64,000 bases of DNA from an uncultured Thermoleophilia bacterium. Lineage in GTDB: Bacteria; Actinomycetota; Thermoleophilia; UBA2241. Of this stretch, positions 37,356-46,821 are shown piece after piece (position 1 is the first letter of the stretch; each line of letters starts with the position of its first letter). The stretch spans positions 2,789 to 66,788 of the forward strand of contig CAIOZS010000210.1 of the NCBI GenBank assembly GCA_903862845.1, read 5' to 3'. A program made the translations under genes and the position numbers. The notes below the pieces were generated by a model. The model ran no database searches. It worked only from the letters and a program-made list of their open reading frames with translations, and had not been told where the DNA came from.

Positions 37356-38795
37356 GTGACTGACGCAAGCAAGTTCTACATCGACGGGCAGTGGGTCCAG
37401 CCCGTCCATCCCGGGGACGAGATCGTCGTCATCAACCCGGCGACGGAAGAGGAGGTGGCGCGCGTCGCGGCTGCCTCTCCCGCAGACGTCGAGGCGGCGG
37501 TGCAGGCGGCTCACCGGGCCTTCGAAAGCTACTCGCAGACGACGCGCGAGGAACGCATCGGGCTCCTGATGCGGCTCCGCGAGGCGTACAAGCGCCGCAT
37601 CCCCGCGATCGCGGCCGCGATGACGACCGAGGTCGGCATCCCGCGCGGGCTCGCCGAGGGCGGCCAGGTGCTGGCCGGCGCGGGCCACCTGAAGGAAGCC
37701 ATGGAGGCGCTCCGCGACTATCCGCTGCACGAGGACTGGGGCTCGACGCGCATCGTGCGTGAGCCCGTCGGCGTCTGCGCCCTGCTCGCGCCCTGGAACT
37801 GGCCGATGAACCAGGTGACGGCCAAGGTGGGACCGGCGCTGGCCGCCGGCTGCACCATGGTCCTCAAGCCGAGCCAGCTCTCGCCGCTCTCGGCGCTGCT
37901 CTTCGCCGACGCAGCGGACGAGGCGGGCATCCCGCCCGGCGTGTTCAACATGGTGAACGGCGCCGGTGCGGCGCTGGGCGACGCGTTCTCCACCCATCCG
38001 CTCGTCGACATGGTGTCGATCACCGGCTCGACCGCGGTGGGGGGCTCCGTGGCTGCCGCTGCGGCTCCCTCCATCAAGCGCGTCTCCCAGGAGCTCGGCG
38101 GCAAGTCGGCCAACGTCGTGTTCGCTGACGTGGACGTCCGGAAGGTCGTCGCTTCCGGCACGCTGGGCTGCATGCACAACTCCGGCCAGACCTGCAACGC
38201 GCCCACCCGCATGCTCGTCGCGCAGGAGATCTACGAGGAGGCGGTCGAGGTCGCCGCCCGCACCGCCGGGGCGGTGGCCGTCGGCGACCCGCTCGACCGG
38301 GCGACTTTCATGGGTCCCGTCGCCGGACGCAAGCAGTACCAAAAGGTGCGCGCCTACATCGAGACCGGAATCGCGGAGGGCGCCCGGCTGGTCGCCGGCG
38401 GGCTCGAGCGGCCGGACGGCCTCGACAAGGGCTTCTTCGTGCGGCCGACGGTCTTTGCCGATGTGACGCCCGACATGCGCATCTTCCGGGAAGAGATCTT
38501 CGGTCCGGTGCTCTGCATCACGCCGTTCCGCGATGAGGCGCAGGCCATCGAACTGGCCAATGCCACCGAGTTCGGCCTCTCGGGCTACGTGCAGTCGGCC
38601 GACCTCGAACGGGCGAGGCGGGTGGCCGGACGGATGCGCACCGGCATGGTGCACCTGAACGGCGCGCCGACTGACGGCCGCGCGCCCTTCGGCGGCTACC
38701 GGCAGTCGGGCAACGGCCGCGAATGGGGACGGTTCGGGCTTGAGGACTTCCTCGAGGTCAAGGCCGTGATGGGCTGGGAGCCGCGGGCGCGCTGA
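37356..38795 (+). CDS. NAD(P)-dependent aldehyde dehydrogenase
   Basis: FYIDGQWV N-terminus, catalytic Cys (GQTCNAP), the ELGGKS motif and an EEIFGPV-type C-terminus. GTG start after GGAGGG. Confidence 0.9.
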   Translation: MTDASKFYIDGQWVQPVHPGDEIVVINPATEEEVARVAAASPADVEAAVQAAHRAFESYSQTTREERIGLLMRLREAYKRRIPAIAAAMTTEVGIPRGLAEGGQVLAGAGHLKEAMEALRDYPLHEDWGSTRIVREPVGVCALLAPWNWPMNQVTAKVGPALAAGCTMVLKPSQLSPLSALLFADAADEAGIPPGVFNMVNGAGAALGDAFSTHPLVDMVSITGSTAVGGSVAAAAAPSIKRVSQELGGKSANVVFADVDVRKVVASGTLGCMHNSGQTCNAPTRMLVAQEIYEEAVEVAARTAGAVAVGDPLDRATFMGPVAGRKQYQKVRAYIETGIAEGARLVAGGLERPDGLDKGFFVRPTVFADVTPDMRIFREEIFGPVLCITPFRDEAQAIELANATEFGLSGYVQSADLERARRVAGRMRTGMVHLNGAPTDGRAPFGGYRQSGNGREWGRFGLEDFLEVKAVMGWEPRAR

Positions 38796-38828
38796 GCGCG
38801 TCCAGGTCTGATCGCCGCCCCGGCTGGA

Positions 38829-40403
38829 CTACAAGCGCCGCAACTCCGCGATCGCCGCGGCGATGATCGTCTGCTGACGCTCGATCTCGTCGAGCAGCTC
38901 CTCCGGCGTGCGCGTGTCTTCGTTGACGACTCGGTGCGGGTTGACCGCCTTGAGGTCGTAGTTGCTGGCCTCGATTGCGTCGCGCATCACCGTCCAGCTG
39001 CGTTCCGAGTCGGGCCGGTCCGCTGCGCCCCCGGCCCGGCAGTCCCCGACCAGCTCGAAGAAGTCGCCCATGCGCGCCAGCGTGAAGGGCGTCTTCTTGC
39101 CGACCTTGAGGTCGCTGAGGTCGTAGTACCAGATGCGCTCGGTGGGCCGGCCCTTGTTGAAGAACAGCAGGTTGGTCTTGACGCCGGCGCGGGCCTGGCT
39201 GAACACGCCCGGCGGCATGCTCAGAATGCACCAGAGGTCGCAGTCGTCGAGCAGCTTGCGCTTGGTCCGCACGAAGGCGGTCTCGTTGGTGCGGAAGAGC
39301 ACGCCTTCATCGATGACGAGTCCGCAGCGGCCGCCGGTGACTTCGTCACCCGCCGGCGGCCGCAAGCTGTCGATCACGTGCTGCAGGAAGAGCACCTGAG
39401 TGGCGCCCGTCTTGTACGCGAAGCGCGTCTGCGCGTCCTTGCCCTCCTTGCCGCCGAAGGGCGGGTTCATGAGGATGACATCGTAGAGCGGCGGGGCGCC
39501 CTCGAAGAGGCCGTCGTAGGCGGCCGTGGCCGTCAGCGTGTTGCCATGCCAGATGTGCGGCGCGTCGATGCCGTGCAGCACCAGGTTGGCGAGCGCGATG
39601 GGATACACGGCGTTGTCCTTCTCGCGGCCGTAGAAGGTGTGCTCCTGCAGCGTCGTGAGCTGGTCGCCTGAAGTGATGTTGGCGTTGCCGGCGCCGGTCA
39701 TCTGCTCGAACGATTGTGCGAGGAAGCCGCCGGTGCCGCAGCCCGGGTCGTAGACCGTCTCGCCGATGCGTGGATCGATGACGCGCACCATAGCGCGGAT
39801 GATTTCGCGCGGCGTGAAGAACTGGCCGCCGTCGTTGCCCTTCTCGCCCATCTTGAGCAGCAGGCCTTCGTAGACCTGCGAGACCGTGAAGACGTGCGTG
39901 GTGTCGACGGCGGTGTGGTCGATCTCGTCGACCTTGTCGATGACGTCGAGGAAGTTGCGCTCGGTGTCGATGCGCGTGCGCTCCACCGAGCTCATGATCT
40001 GGCTAATGACCTTCTGCCGCGAGCTCGCCTGCGGCTGCTCGCCCAGCTCCCGAAGGTGCGGCAGAAGCTCCTCGTGGAGAAAGTGGAAGAAGGCGCCGAG
40101 CGCGCCCGACTACCGTTCGGCGCGCTTGGCACCGTCCGGCGCCGCCCAGTCGCACCAGCGGTACGGCGCCGTCAGAGAGGGCTTGTACTCGGCGCCCACG
40201 GCGCGTGCCTCGTCGGCCTCGATCTCTTCGCGTTCGACGAGGATGCGCAGGAAGAGGATCCAGGTGAGCTCCGGCACGTACTGCAGCGCGCCGGCGCAGT
40301 TTGAGCGCCACATGATGTCGCAGATCTGCTTGACGGCGGCGTTGGCCGACTGCTGAGTGGGGAGCTTCTTGCCGCTGGCCGCTGGATGACCTGGTCCGTT
40401 CAC
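38829..40403 (-). pseudogene. hsdM: Type I restriction-modification methyltransferase subunit HsdM, disrupted by a single in-frame TAG
   Basis: The N-terminal HsdM_N segment (..WILFLRIL..) ends ...GAKRAER-TAG. The same frame continues into the methylase core with the NPPFG motif. No hsdS or hsdR is nearby. Confidence 0.7.
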
Positions 40404-41554
40404 ATGTCCTCCAGGGGGGTCTCGATCGCGCGCATGATCTCGGAGGCGACGAAGACGCGCCGCCAGGCGCGCTCGCCCATGTCCTCGAGGATCTGGGCAT
40501 CAAGAAGCTTGTCCATGGCGCGCTTGGCCGTAGGCGTGCTGACGCCCAGCGCCTGGGCAACGCCGGCTGTCGTGACGTAGGGACTACGGAAGAGCTCGTC
40601 GACCAGCGCGACGGCCCGCGGGGCTCGTCGCAAGAGCTCGTGATAGCGCTCGCGGAGATCCATCAGCGTCGCCGCTTGCCTTGCGGCTCTCTCCGAGGTC
40701 TCCGCGACCCCGGCCAGGAAGAACAGGAGCCAACCTCGCCAGTCGCCCTCCGTCCGCACTCGCAGCAGCGCGTCGTAGTAGTCGTTGCGGTGCGCGTCGA
40801 TGAATGCCGACAAGTAGAGCAGCGGCTGAGACAGGCGTTCGCGCTCGACGAGGAACAGGGTGATCAACAACCTGCCGACGCGACCGTTGCCGTCGAGAAA
40901 CGGGTGGATGGCCTCGAAGTGCTCGTGCATGAGAGCGCACTGGACGAGCACCGGCATGGTGTCGCGCTCGTGGAGGAATCGCTCCCACAGCCCGAGCGCC
41001 TCGGTCATGTCGGGGACGGGTGGAGGAACGTAGGTGGCCGTCGCGAGCGTCGATCCCGGCGGCCCTATCCAGTTCTGAAGACGGCGAAGCTCGCCCGGCG
41101 CACTCGTCCCGTCACGGACTCCCCGCATGAGCTGTTCGTGCACTTCTCGCACCAAGCGCAGGGACAACGGCAGCTCCGCCAGTCGCGCCAGCCCGTGCTC
41201 CATCGCCGTCACATAGTTGCGCACCTCGCGGAGGTCATCGCGTCCGCGTTCCGTGGTCGCACCGCCGGCTTGGTCGATGAGCAATTCGGACAGCGTCGTC
41301 ACTGCTCCCTCGATGCGTGACGAGAGCACGGCCTCCTGGCGGAGGTAAGGAGCAATGAGCAGGTGAGGATCCGGGAGCTGACGGCCCAATCCGGACAGCT
41401 CGCTGAGCGCGCCGTCGGCGCGCGAGAGGGCGAGCACAAGCTCGGCGTCGTAGGCGATCGTCGGCGGAAGCGGCGCGGGGACGAAGGCGAGCGCGCCGTC
41501 CATGGTGGCCACCAGTCGGCCAGCCGCTGGAGCATGGAAGTCCTCTGCCTTCAT
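40400..41554 (-). CDS. fic: Fic family protein (HPFx[DE]GNGR motif) with a C-terminal winged-helix domain
   Basis: HPFLDGNGRVGRLLITLFL motif. It overlaps the hsdM start by 4 nt. Confidence 0.85.
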   Translation of the reverse strand: MKAEDFHAPAAGRLVATMDGALAFVPAPLPPTIAYDAELVLALSRADGALSELSGLGRQLPDPHLLIAPYLRQEAVLSSRIEGAVTTLSELLIDQAGGATTERGRDDLREVRNYVTAMEHGLARLAELPLSLRLVREVHEQLMRGVRDGTSAPGELRRLQNWIGPPGSTLATATYVPPPVPDMTEALGLWERFLHERDTMPVLVQCALMHEHFEAIHPFLDGNGRVGRLLITLFLVERERLSQPLLYLSAFIDAHRNDYYDALLRVRTEGDWRGWLLFFLAGVAETSERAARQAATLMDLRERYHELLRRAPRAVALVDELFRSPYVTTAGVAQALGVSTPTAKRAMDKLLDAQILEDMGERAWRRVFVASEIMRAIETPLEDM

Positions 41555-41576
41555 GCTCGCCCCTCGACGAATGGAG

Positions 41577-41640
41577 CATTGAACAGTTTCTTTCAATGCA
41601 GGTTGACCTTTGAACGTTTCATGCCGGATTCTTTCAGAGC
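41577..41640 (-). promoter_or_regulatory. AT-rich palindrome/direct-repeat operator-like element with a TTGACC box upstream of fic
   Basis: The palindrome is CATTGAAcagtttcTTCAATG. The repeats TTGAACAGTTTC and TTGAACGTTTC flank a TTGACC box. Local GC is well below the window average. Confidence 0.3.
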
Positions 41641-41753
41641 CTGCCGAGCAACGCAAGGTACCCAATCGGCTTTGCCATATCCTCAAAGCGGCCCGATTCC
41701 TGCAAGGCCTCCTGTCACTTCACGACAAGAAGCCCGCGTGCAACGCGGAACAG

Positions 41754-42188
41754 TCACTGATCGCCGCCGCCCTGGGTGAGCCACTCCTGCCAGAGCGCCA
41801 CGGCTTCATCCTTGCCCATGCTCAGCACCTCCCGCAGCGGGATGCCGGCACGTGCGGTCAGGTTCTTGACGAGGTCATACGGCAGCCCCGGCCCCGGCGG
41901 TTCGGGCGCCGCATCGCCGGGGCGATGCGGCGCCGCGCCCTTGTCGACTGCCAGCCAGAACTGCTCCCCGGTGACGCGAAGCTGGCTGCGGAGAATGTCC
42001 TTGAAGGTCTCAGGGTCGCGGATCGAGCCGGAGCCGTGCGAGACCCTCGTTCGCAGACGGGTCCCGTCTCTCAGAACGCGTGCGTTGCGGAAGTGATCGC
42101 CGCTCCTCGCGCCGCGCGCCGCAGCGCTGTCGTACCAGCCGTCGACCTCGCAGAAGCGCTTGAGATCGGCGTAGGTCGGGAGCGTCAC
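41754..42188 (-). CDS. HicA-like toxin with a long C-terminal extension
   Basis: Core LKRFCEVDGWY...VSHGSG...KDILRSQL resembles HicA/YcfA. It overlaps the upstream antitoxin gene by 4 nt. Confidence 0.45.
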   Translation of the reverse strand: MTLPTYADLKRFCEVDGWYDSAAARGARSGDHFRNARVLRDGTRLRTRVSHGSGSIRDPETFKDILRSQLRVTGEQFWLAVDKGAAPHRPGDAAPEPPGPGLPYDLVKNLTARAGIPLREVLSMGKDEAVALWQEWLTQGGGDQ

Positions 42189-42595
42189 TCGCCGAAGAGG
42201 ATGCGCCGCGCCGCAGCGCGGTCGTCGGCCATGGCGAGTCGCCAGACCCAGCCTCGATTACCGACGTGGTTGGGCGCGGAATGCAGCTCCTCGAACCACT
42301 CCTCCACGTACACCGACGCTTCGTCGAGAAGGTCGTTCTCGGCCGCTTCCAGCGTCTCGCCCTCGCCGTAGATGGCGAGCTCGGGGAGCCAGATGTACAC
42401 GCCGTCGGGCTGCCCGAGACGGACGTCGGGATGGAACCGGAAAGAACCCTCGAGCAGCAGCCGCTGCTCGTCCCAGTTGGTGATAAGCACCCGTCTGCCT
42501 CGACGGTCGATTGCCGCGGGCTCTCCCGCCAGGACGCGGTCAACGACACGGCTGAGGTCATTGCGCGCTTCGCTGAACTTGAGACTTGGGACCAT
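42185..42595 (-). CDS. Phd/YefM-like N-terminus fused to a HicB-like domain (putative antitoxin)
   Basis: The N-terminus (MVPSLKFSEARNDLSRVVDRVLAGEPAAIDRRGRRVLI) matches Phd/YefM. The C-terminus (GVYIWLPELAIYGEGETLEAAENDLLDEASVYVE) resembles the HicB/UPF0150 fold. Confidence 0.55.
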   Translation of the reverse strand: MVPSLKFSEARNDLSRVVDRVLAGEPAAIDRRGRRVLITNWDEQRLLLEGSFRFHPDVRLGQPDGVYIWLPELAIYGEGETLEAAENDLLDEASVYVEEWFEELHSAPNHVGNRGWVWRLAMADDRAAARRILFGE

Positions 42596-42626
42596 GGTCG
42601 CCTCCCGATCGGACTCTCTATCGGGA

Positions 42627-43166
42627 TTATCGGCAACTAAGGCAAGTTGTGCAAGTGGGCGTTGTTGGCAGGGATTTCATGGAGGAATCCGTCTTCAATC
42701 GCAAGTGCGACGTTCTCAGGCGCTCATCGCTCACACGATGACCTCGACCTCGCAGTCGAGCACCCGGAGCACCGAGAGCAACTCGTCGACCGACTTGCGG
42801 TAATTCGTGGGGTCGATGAGGCGGAAGAACTGCGACGGGGAGGTGCCGGGCCGGCGAATGATCTCGCGCTTCGAGGCGGTCCAGGGCCTCCACGGTCAGG
42901 TCATGAAGCAGCAGGTCGCGTATATTGCCAGGTTCCTCGTTGTAGTCGAGCACGTTGTCCGTGAGGATGGAGCCCTCGGCGCCGGATGCGAGCAGGTAGG
43001 TGAAGCCCTTGCTGCCCAGTTCGGGGTCGATGTACAGATCGACCAGTCGAACAGACGGCGTCGGTTGAGGTTCTGCCTTGCTGTAGGGAAAGAGCCACTG
43101 CCCGCGCCGAGTCTCGACTTCGAAGGCCCGCCTGCGGTTGTTCGCCACGATCGACGTGGTCTTCAC
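42627..43166 (-). pseudogene. DUF2442-HTH gene, copy 2 (16-nt deletion causes a frameshift)
   Basis: It aligns with copy 1 at about 75% nucleotide identity. The segment agtgatgtcgtctcga is missing relative to copy 1, which changes the C-terminal frame. Confidence 0.55.
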
Positions 43167-43181
43167 AGCAGTCCCTCGCTC

Positions 43182-43301
43182 TCAAGCTGGCGAATCAGGG
43201 TGAGCGCGTTGGTGCTCGCAATGCCCTGCATCGGTTTGCCTGGGCGGATGGTCGCCCGACCACGTGAGAAAGACGTAGCCACCGCGGCGGATCCTCGTCA
43301 C
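43182..43301 (-). pseudogene. DUF4160 gene remnant, copy 2 (internal deletion, truncated)
   Basis: Only VTRIRRGGYVFLTWSGDHPP... is retained before it runs into a stop. About 70 nt are missing relative to copy 1. Confidence 0.45.
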
Positions 43302-43325
43302 GCGAGATGCTACCTCCGATCGACC

Positions 43326-44648
43326 TCATCGGATCGTGAACGACACGGGCGGTGAGGATTCGCCTCTGCCGGCGTCGTTGCGCGCCAGTACTTCCCACGT
43401 CATGGGAACTCCTCGCGGCAGTTCCTCCGCGGGCCGCCAAGAGGTCGTGATGATGCCTGCTTGGCGCAGCTTGTGCGCTCCCCACCTCACGGTCACCTGG
43501 TACCTGAGAGCCCGAGGTGTGGCTGCCCAGGTGAACGTGGGACGAGTGCCCCTCACCGTCCCCTGCGGCGAGCGCGGCACCGGCGTACCCGGCAAGGCAC
43601 TCGTCTGCACCTCCCAGTGGCGCCCGCCATCAAGGGTGTTCATGACCGTCCCGTGGAGGCCCACCGCCCAGCCGCGCTGCGGGTCCACAAAGCAGAAGGA
43701 ACCATGTCCGGGTGAACTGGTGCCCGACCGCAGTTGACTCGACCAGGTGCGTCCTCCGTCTGAGGTCGCAAAGACGCCCGCACCGGAGAGGATCCAACCT
43801 TGTCGCGCGTCCAAGAAGAAGAGACTCGCATACGGGTGGGCCTGTGGCTTCGATGCGGTCCAGGTGAAGCCGCCGTCGTCGGTGCGCCAAAGCCTTGCAC
43901 CTGTGAGCATCCAGCCGTGACGCTGGTCGGCGAATGCGAGCGTGTTCATGGCGTCGAAGTGCAGAGTGCTGAGCTGGGCGGTCCACGTCGCGCCGCCATC
44001 CTGCGTCCCGTACACGGCGGCGTCGTCGCCATACCTGTAGACGCTGACCCAGCCGTGCAGCTCGTCGACGAACGCGACGCCTTTGACGCTGGCCTGCGAC
44101 GGGAGCGTGAGTCGGCGCCACGTGGTGCCACCATCGTCCGTCGCCATGACGTGGCCCGCGTCCCCGACAGCCCAGCCGTGCATCTCGTCAAGGAACTGCA
44201 CATCCCGGAGCGACGGGATCGGATTCCCGGAGGGGTTGCCTTGAAGGACCGTCGTCCAAGTCGTTCCTCCGTCGCTGGTGCGCAGGACGATCCCGTTCCA
44301 CTCAGAAGCACCAGCGATCCAGCCGTGCTGCCGGTCCACGAAGTCAACGGCCCAGAGGTTGCCGCGAACGCCGCTCTGCTGCCTTGTCCAGGTGTGGCCG
44401 CCGTCCGTGGTGGCGATGACGGCGCCCGCCGTGCCGACGGCCCACCCGTGCTGGGCGTCGACGAAGTCGACAGAGATGAGGTCGCTCGACGTCGGCGGGG
44501 ATTGCTCGGAGGTTCGGCAGACGCTTGCGCACGGGGACTGATGAGCAAGGTGGGCCTGCCGAGTCTGACGCGCGTAGGCGAGCGGCGAGGTAAGTCCAAG
44601 CGCTGCCAGAGCAACGAGCCCAAGCAGACTGAGCGGCCAGTACCGCAT
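43326..44648 (-). CDS. Secreted BNR/Ycf48-like beta-propeller repeat protein with a C-terminal Ig/FN3-like domain
   Basis: Signal peptide. More than 7 repeats of the form DGG.TW with HGW... spacing. Confidence 0.7.
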   Translation of the reverse strand: MRYWPLSLLGLVALAALGLTSPLAYARQTRQAHLAHQSPCASVCRTSEQSPPTSSDLISVDFVDAQHGWAVGTAGAVIATTDGGHTWTRQQSGVRGNLWAVDFVDRQHGWIAGASEWNGIVLRTSDGGTTWTTVLQGNPSGNPIPSLRDVQFLDEMHGWAVGDAGHVMATDDGGTTWRRLTLPSQASVKGVAFVDELHGWVSVYRYGDDAAVYGTQDGGATWTAQLSTLHFDAMNTLAFADQRHGWMLTGARLWRTDDGGFTWTASKPQAHPYASLFFLDARQGWILSGAGVFATSDGGRTWSSQLRSGTSSPGHGSFCFVDPQRGWAVGLHGTVMNTLDGGRHWEVQTSALPGTPVPRSPQGTVRGTRPTFTWAATPRALRYQVTVRWGAHKLRQAGIITTSWRPAEELPRGVPMTWEVLARNDAGRGESSPPVSFTIR

Positions 44649-44893
44649 GGGTCCCCCCGTAGGTTGCCAAGGTGAATCCTACCACCGCCCCCGACGACGG
44701 TCAGGGGTCCGTAGCTCTCCCAGAGGTCTTCGATCAAGTGGAGCCGTTCCTCGGGCGCGAGCTTCTCAATGTCGATGGCGGGCGTACTCGTGACTCGATG
44801 ATACGACCCTCGGACTGCGCCGCCAAGGCGCCACGGGGATCCCCGGGGTCACAATGGCGTCCGAGCCCGAAAGAGCGAGAAGTGGGCCGGAGG

Positions 44894-45931
44894 TCAGATG
44901 TCTCCCGCCTCCTCCGCCGGCTCCGGAATGTAGACCAGTTTGAGCGGGATCTCGGGGCGATATTTGGCGTCCAGTTCCTCGTCGTGCTCCAGCAACAGCT
45001 CGAGGAGGGCGTCGCCGCTGAGCAGGCGGATGTCGCCCTTGGCCGCGGCGAAGTCGCGGGCCTACTTTGGGAGCGATGCCAGCGTGACGAAGAGGCTGGC
45101 GCCCTTGTCGCCCACCGCTCCGGAGCGCTCGTGCACATCAGGCGACCCGACGTTGCTGTCGCCGCTCTTGACCTGCACCCTGATGATCGGCGGGTGAAGA
45201 CACAGTTCGTCCGTGAACGCGACGATGTCGATACCCCTATCCGGTCCCTCCGGCGACACGCGCGTGCGATAGACCGTGGTCTTGAGCAGGTCGCCGACCA
45301 GGTGGGCGAAGCGATGGTCCTTGAAGTTCTACGTGAGCGCCTTGAGCAGATAGTCCTTGGTCGACTGCTCGACGTGCTCACGCGCCTAAGCAGGGTCTGG
45401 GCGACCACGATCAGGTCGGCTGGCGGCGTCGAAGGCGCAGCGCAGGTACGCTGCGGGCAGAGCGCCTATTGACGGAAGCTGCGCCGTCACTTGGCGCCTT
45501 GCCTGACCGATCCGCAGCGTGGTCTCGGCCGCCTCGACCTGAGCCTCCCATGGTGGAAGACGAACAGACCCGGATGCCAGGCTCCGGAAAAGCATGCGTT
45601 CACGAACCGCGCCGCGAGTGAGCGACTTGACGAGCTCGGCCCCGCACCACGAGCGCAACCACCAATAGAACCGCCTGTAGTGCAGCTTGCCCTCAATGCT
45701 CCTGACGACAACGTTGTCGAGACTCGTGATGCCCATGGCATCGTCCGCGTCGACCATTCCGATCGATCCCAGAAGGATGCGCATCGGGTTGTAGAACACC
45801 GTGCCTGGATCTACCGGCTTGTGGCGCTCCGCACGGTGGCTCGACTCGGATTGAACGGGCGTCAGGCGGTCGGTCTTCTGCGCGCGCTCAAGCACGGCCG
45901 GATGACCCTGCCGGAGTACGGAGGCATGCAC
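44894..45931 (-). pseudogene. mrr: Mrr-type (type IV) restriction endonuclease with three in-frame TAG stops
   Basis: One frame reads ...RPDPA*AREHVEQSTKDYLLKALT*NFKDHRFAHLVGDLLKTTVYRTRVSPEGPDRGIDIVAF...IRVQVKSGD...GASLFVTLASLPK*ARDFAAAKGDIRLLSGDALLELLLEH.... This is the Mrr_N plus Mrr_cat layout. Confidence 0.65.
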
Positions 45932-46042
45932 CCAGGGGTTTCCCGGCGGACTCTGCAGCGCGATGTTGCTGAGTTGATCGCCAAGGGCGTACTGCTACCT
46001 GTGGGGGCGACCAAGAACCGCGTCTATCGCCCAAGCCCGTAG
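45850..46042 (+). pseudogene. Orphan C-terminal winged-helix fragment (Fic-type C-terminus or transcriptional regulator)
   Basis: LNGRQAVGLLRALKHGRMTLPEYGGMHPGVSRRTLQRDVAELIAKGVLLPVGATKNRVYRPSP has no credible N-terminal domain upstream. It partly overlaps the mrr remnant. Confidence 0.3.
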
Positions 46043-46377
46043 ATGTCCTCTGGCGACAGACTGGCGACGCCACTAGTGACATAGTGGTGAAACCACTGGT
46101 GACATCCGAGCATTGAACGCTCGTGAGCGCTCGCATCGAATGCTCGAGACGCTCTGAACGCTTGCTCTTTCTGGGGACTTCTCGTGCCTGGTATCTCTGG
46201 AAGTCCGGCCGGAGGGCCTCGAGCTCGAGCCCGACGCCATCCCCGGCGTGGAGGAGTGCGGGGTGTTTGCGCGCCGGCGCGCCGACGTCGTGCTCGTCGG
46301 GTCCGCGGCCGGAGTGCGGATTCTGCGCCGCACGGGAGTCTGAGCGCAGCGCCGCAACCGGCTCGCGCCGACCGCGC

Positions 46378-46821
46378 CTACTGCTTGGGGAAGTCCTTCA
46401 TGCCCGAGAGATGGGCAAAGAGCGCGTAGCCGGGCATGCCGAGGTAGTAGGAGCGATCGCCGGCGCGGATCGGGCAGTGATAGGTGTAGTCGCCCACGCT
46501 GTAGCTGCCGCGCATGGGCGCCCCGGTGAACGGATTGGCTGGCCAGGGCTTCACGTAGGCGGAGAACGCCGACGGCTGACCGTTCTTGAGTGACGTAACG
46601 TCGCCGTCGCCCGGGTAGGCCTCGTCGTGGTCCGCGGCCCAGCTCACGACGCCGACCTGGACCGCGTGCACGCCCTCCTTCACCGCGGCGTCCTTGGCCT
46701 TGGTGCGCTGGCTCATGTACAGCGGTATGGCGATGGCCGCAAGGATGCCGATGACGATAACGACGATCAGCAGCTCGATCATCGTGAAGCCGCGCTGACG
46801 CGACGAATCGCTGTTCCTCAT
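46378..46821 (-). CDS. Prepilin-type N-terminal cleavage/methylation domain protein (type IV pilin or pseudopilin)
   Basis: GFTMIELLIVVIVIGILAAIAIP is a class III signal with the conserved Glu5. Confidence 0.8.
   Translation of the reverse strand: MRNSDSSRQRGFTMIELLIVVIVIGILAAIAIPLYMSQRTKAKDAAVKEGVHAVQVGVVSWAADHDEAYPGDGDVTSLKNGQPSAFSAYVKPWPANPFTGAPMRGSYSVGDYTYHCPIRAGDRSYYLGMPGYALFAHLSGMKDFPKQ

Larger units (their letters stand above)
42627..43301 (-). repeat. Direct repeat copy 2 (decayed) of the DUF4160/DUF2442 module
   Basis: It aligns with copy 1 but has 16-nt and about 70-nt internal deletions. Confidence 0.55.

Noticed and set aside
44734-45408. A 224-aa ORF called in the mrr region
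   Set aside because: Its translation is S/R/T-rich and in the wrong frame. The real coding frame is the Mrr frame with three TAG interruptions.
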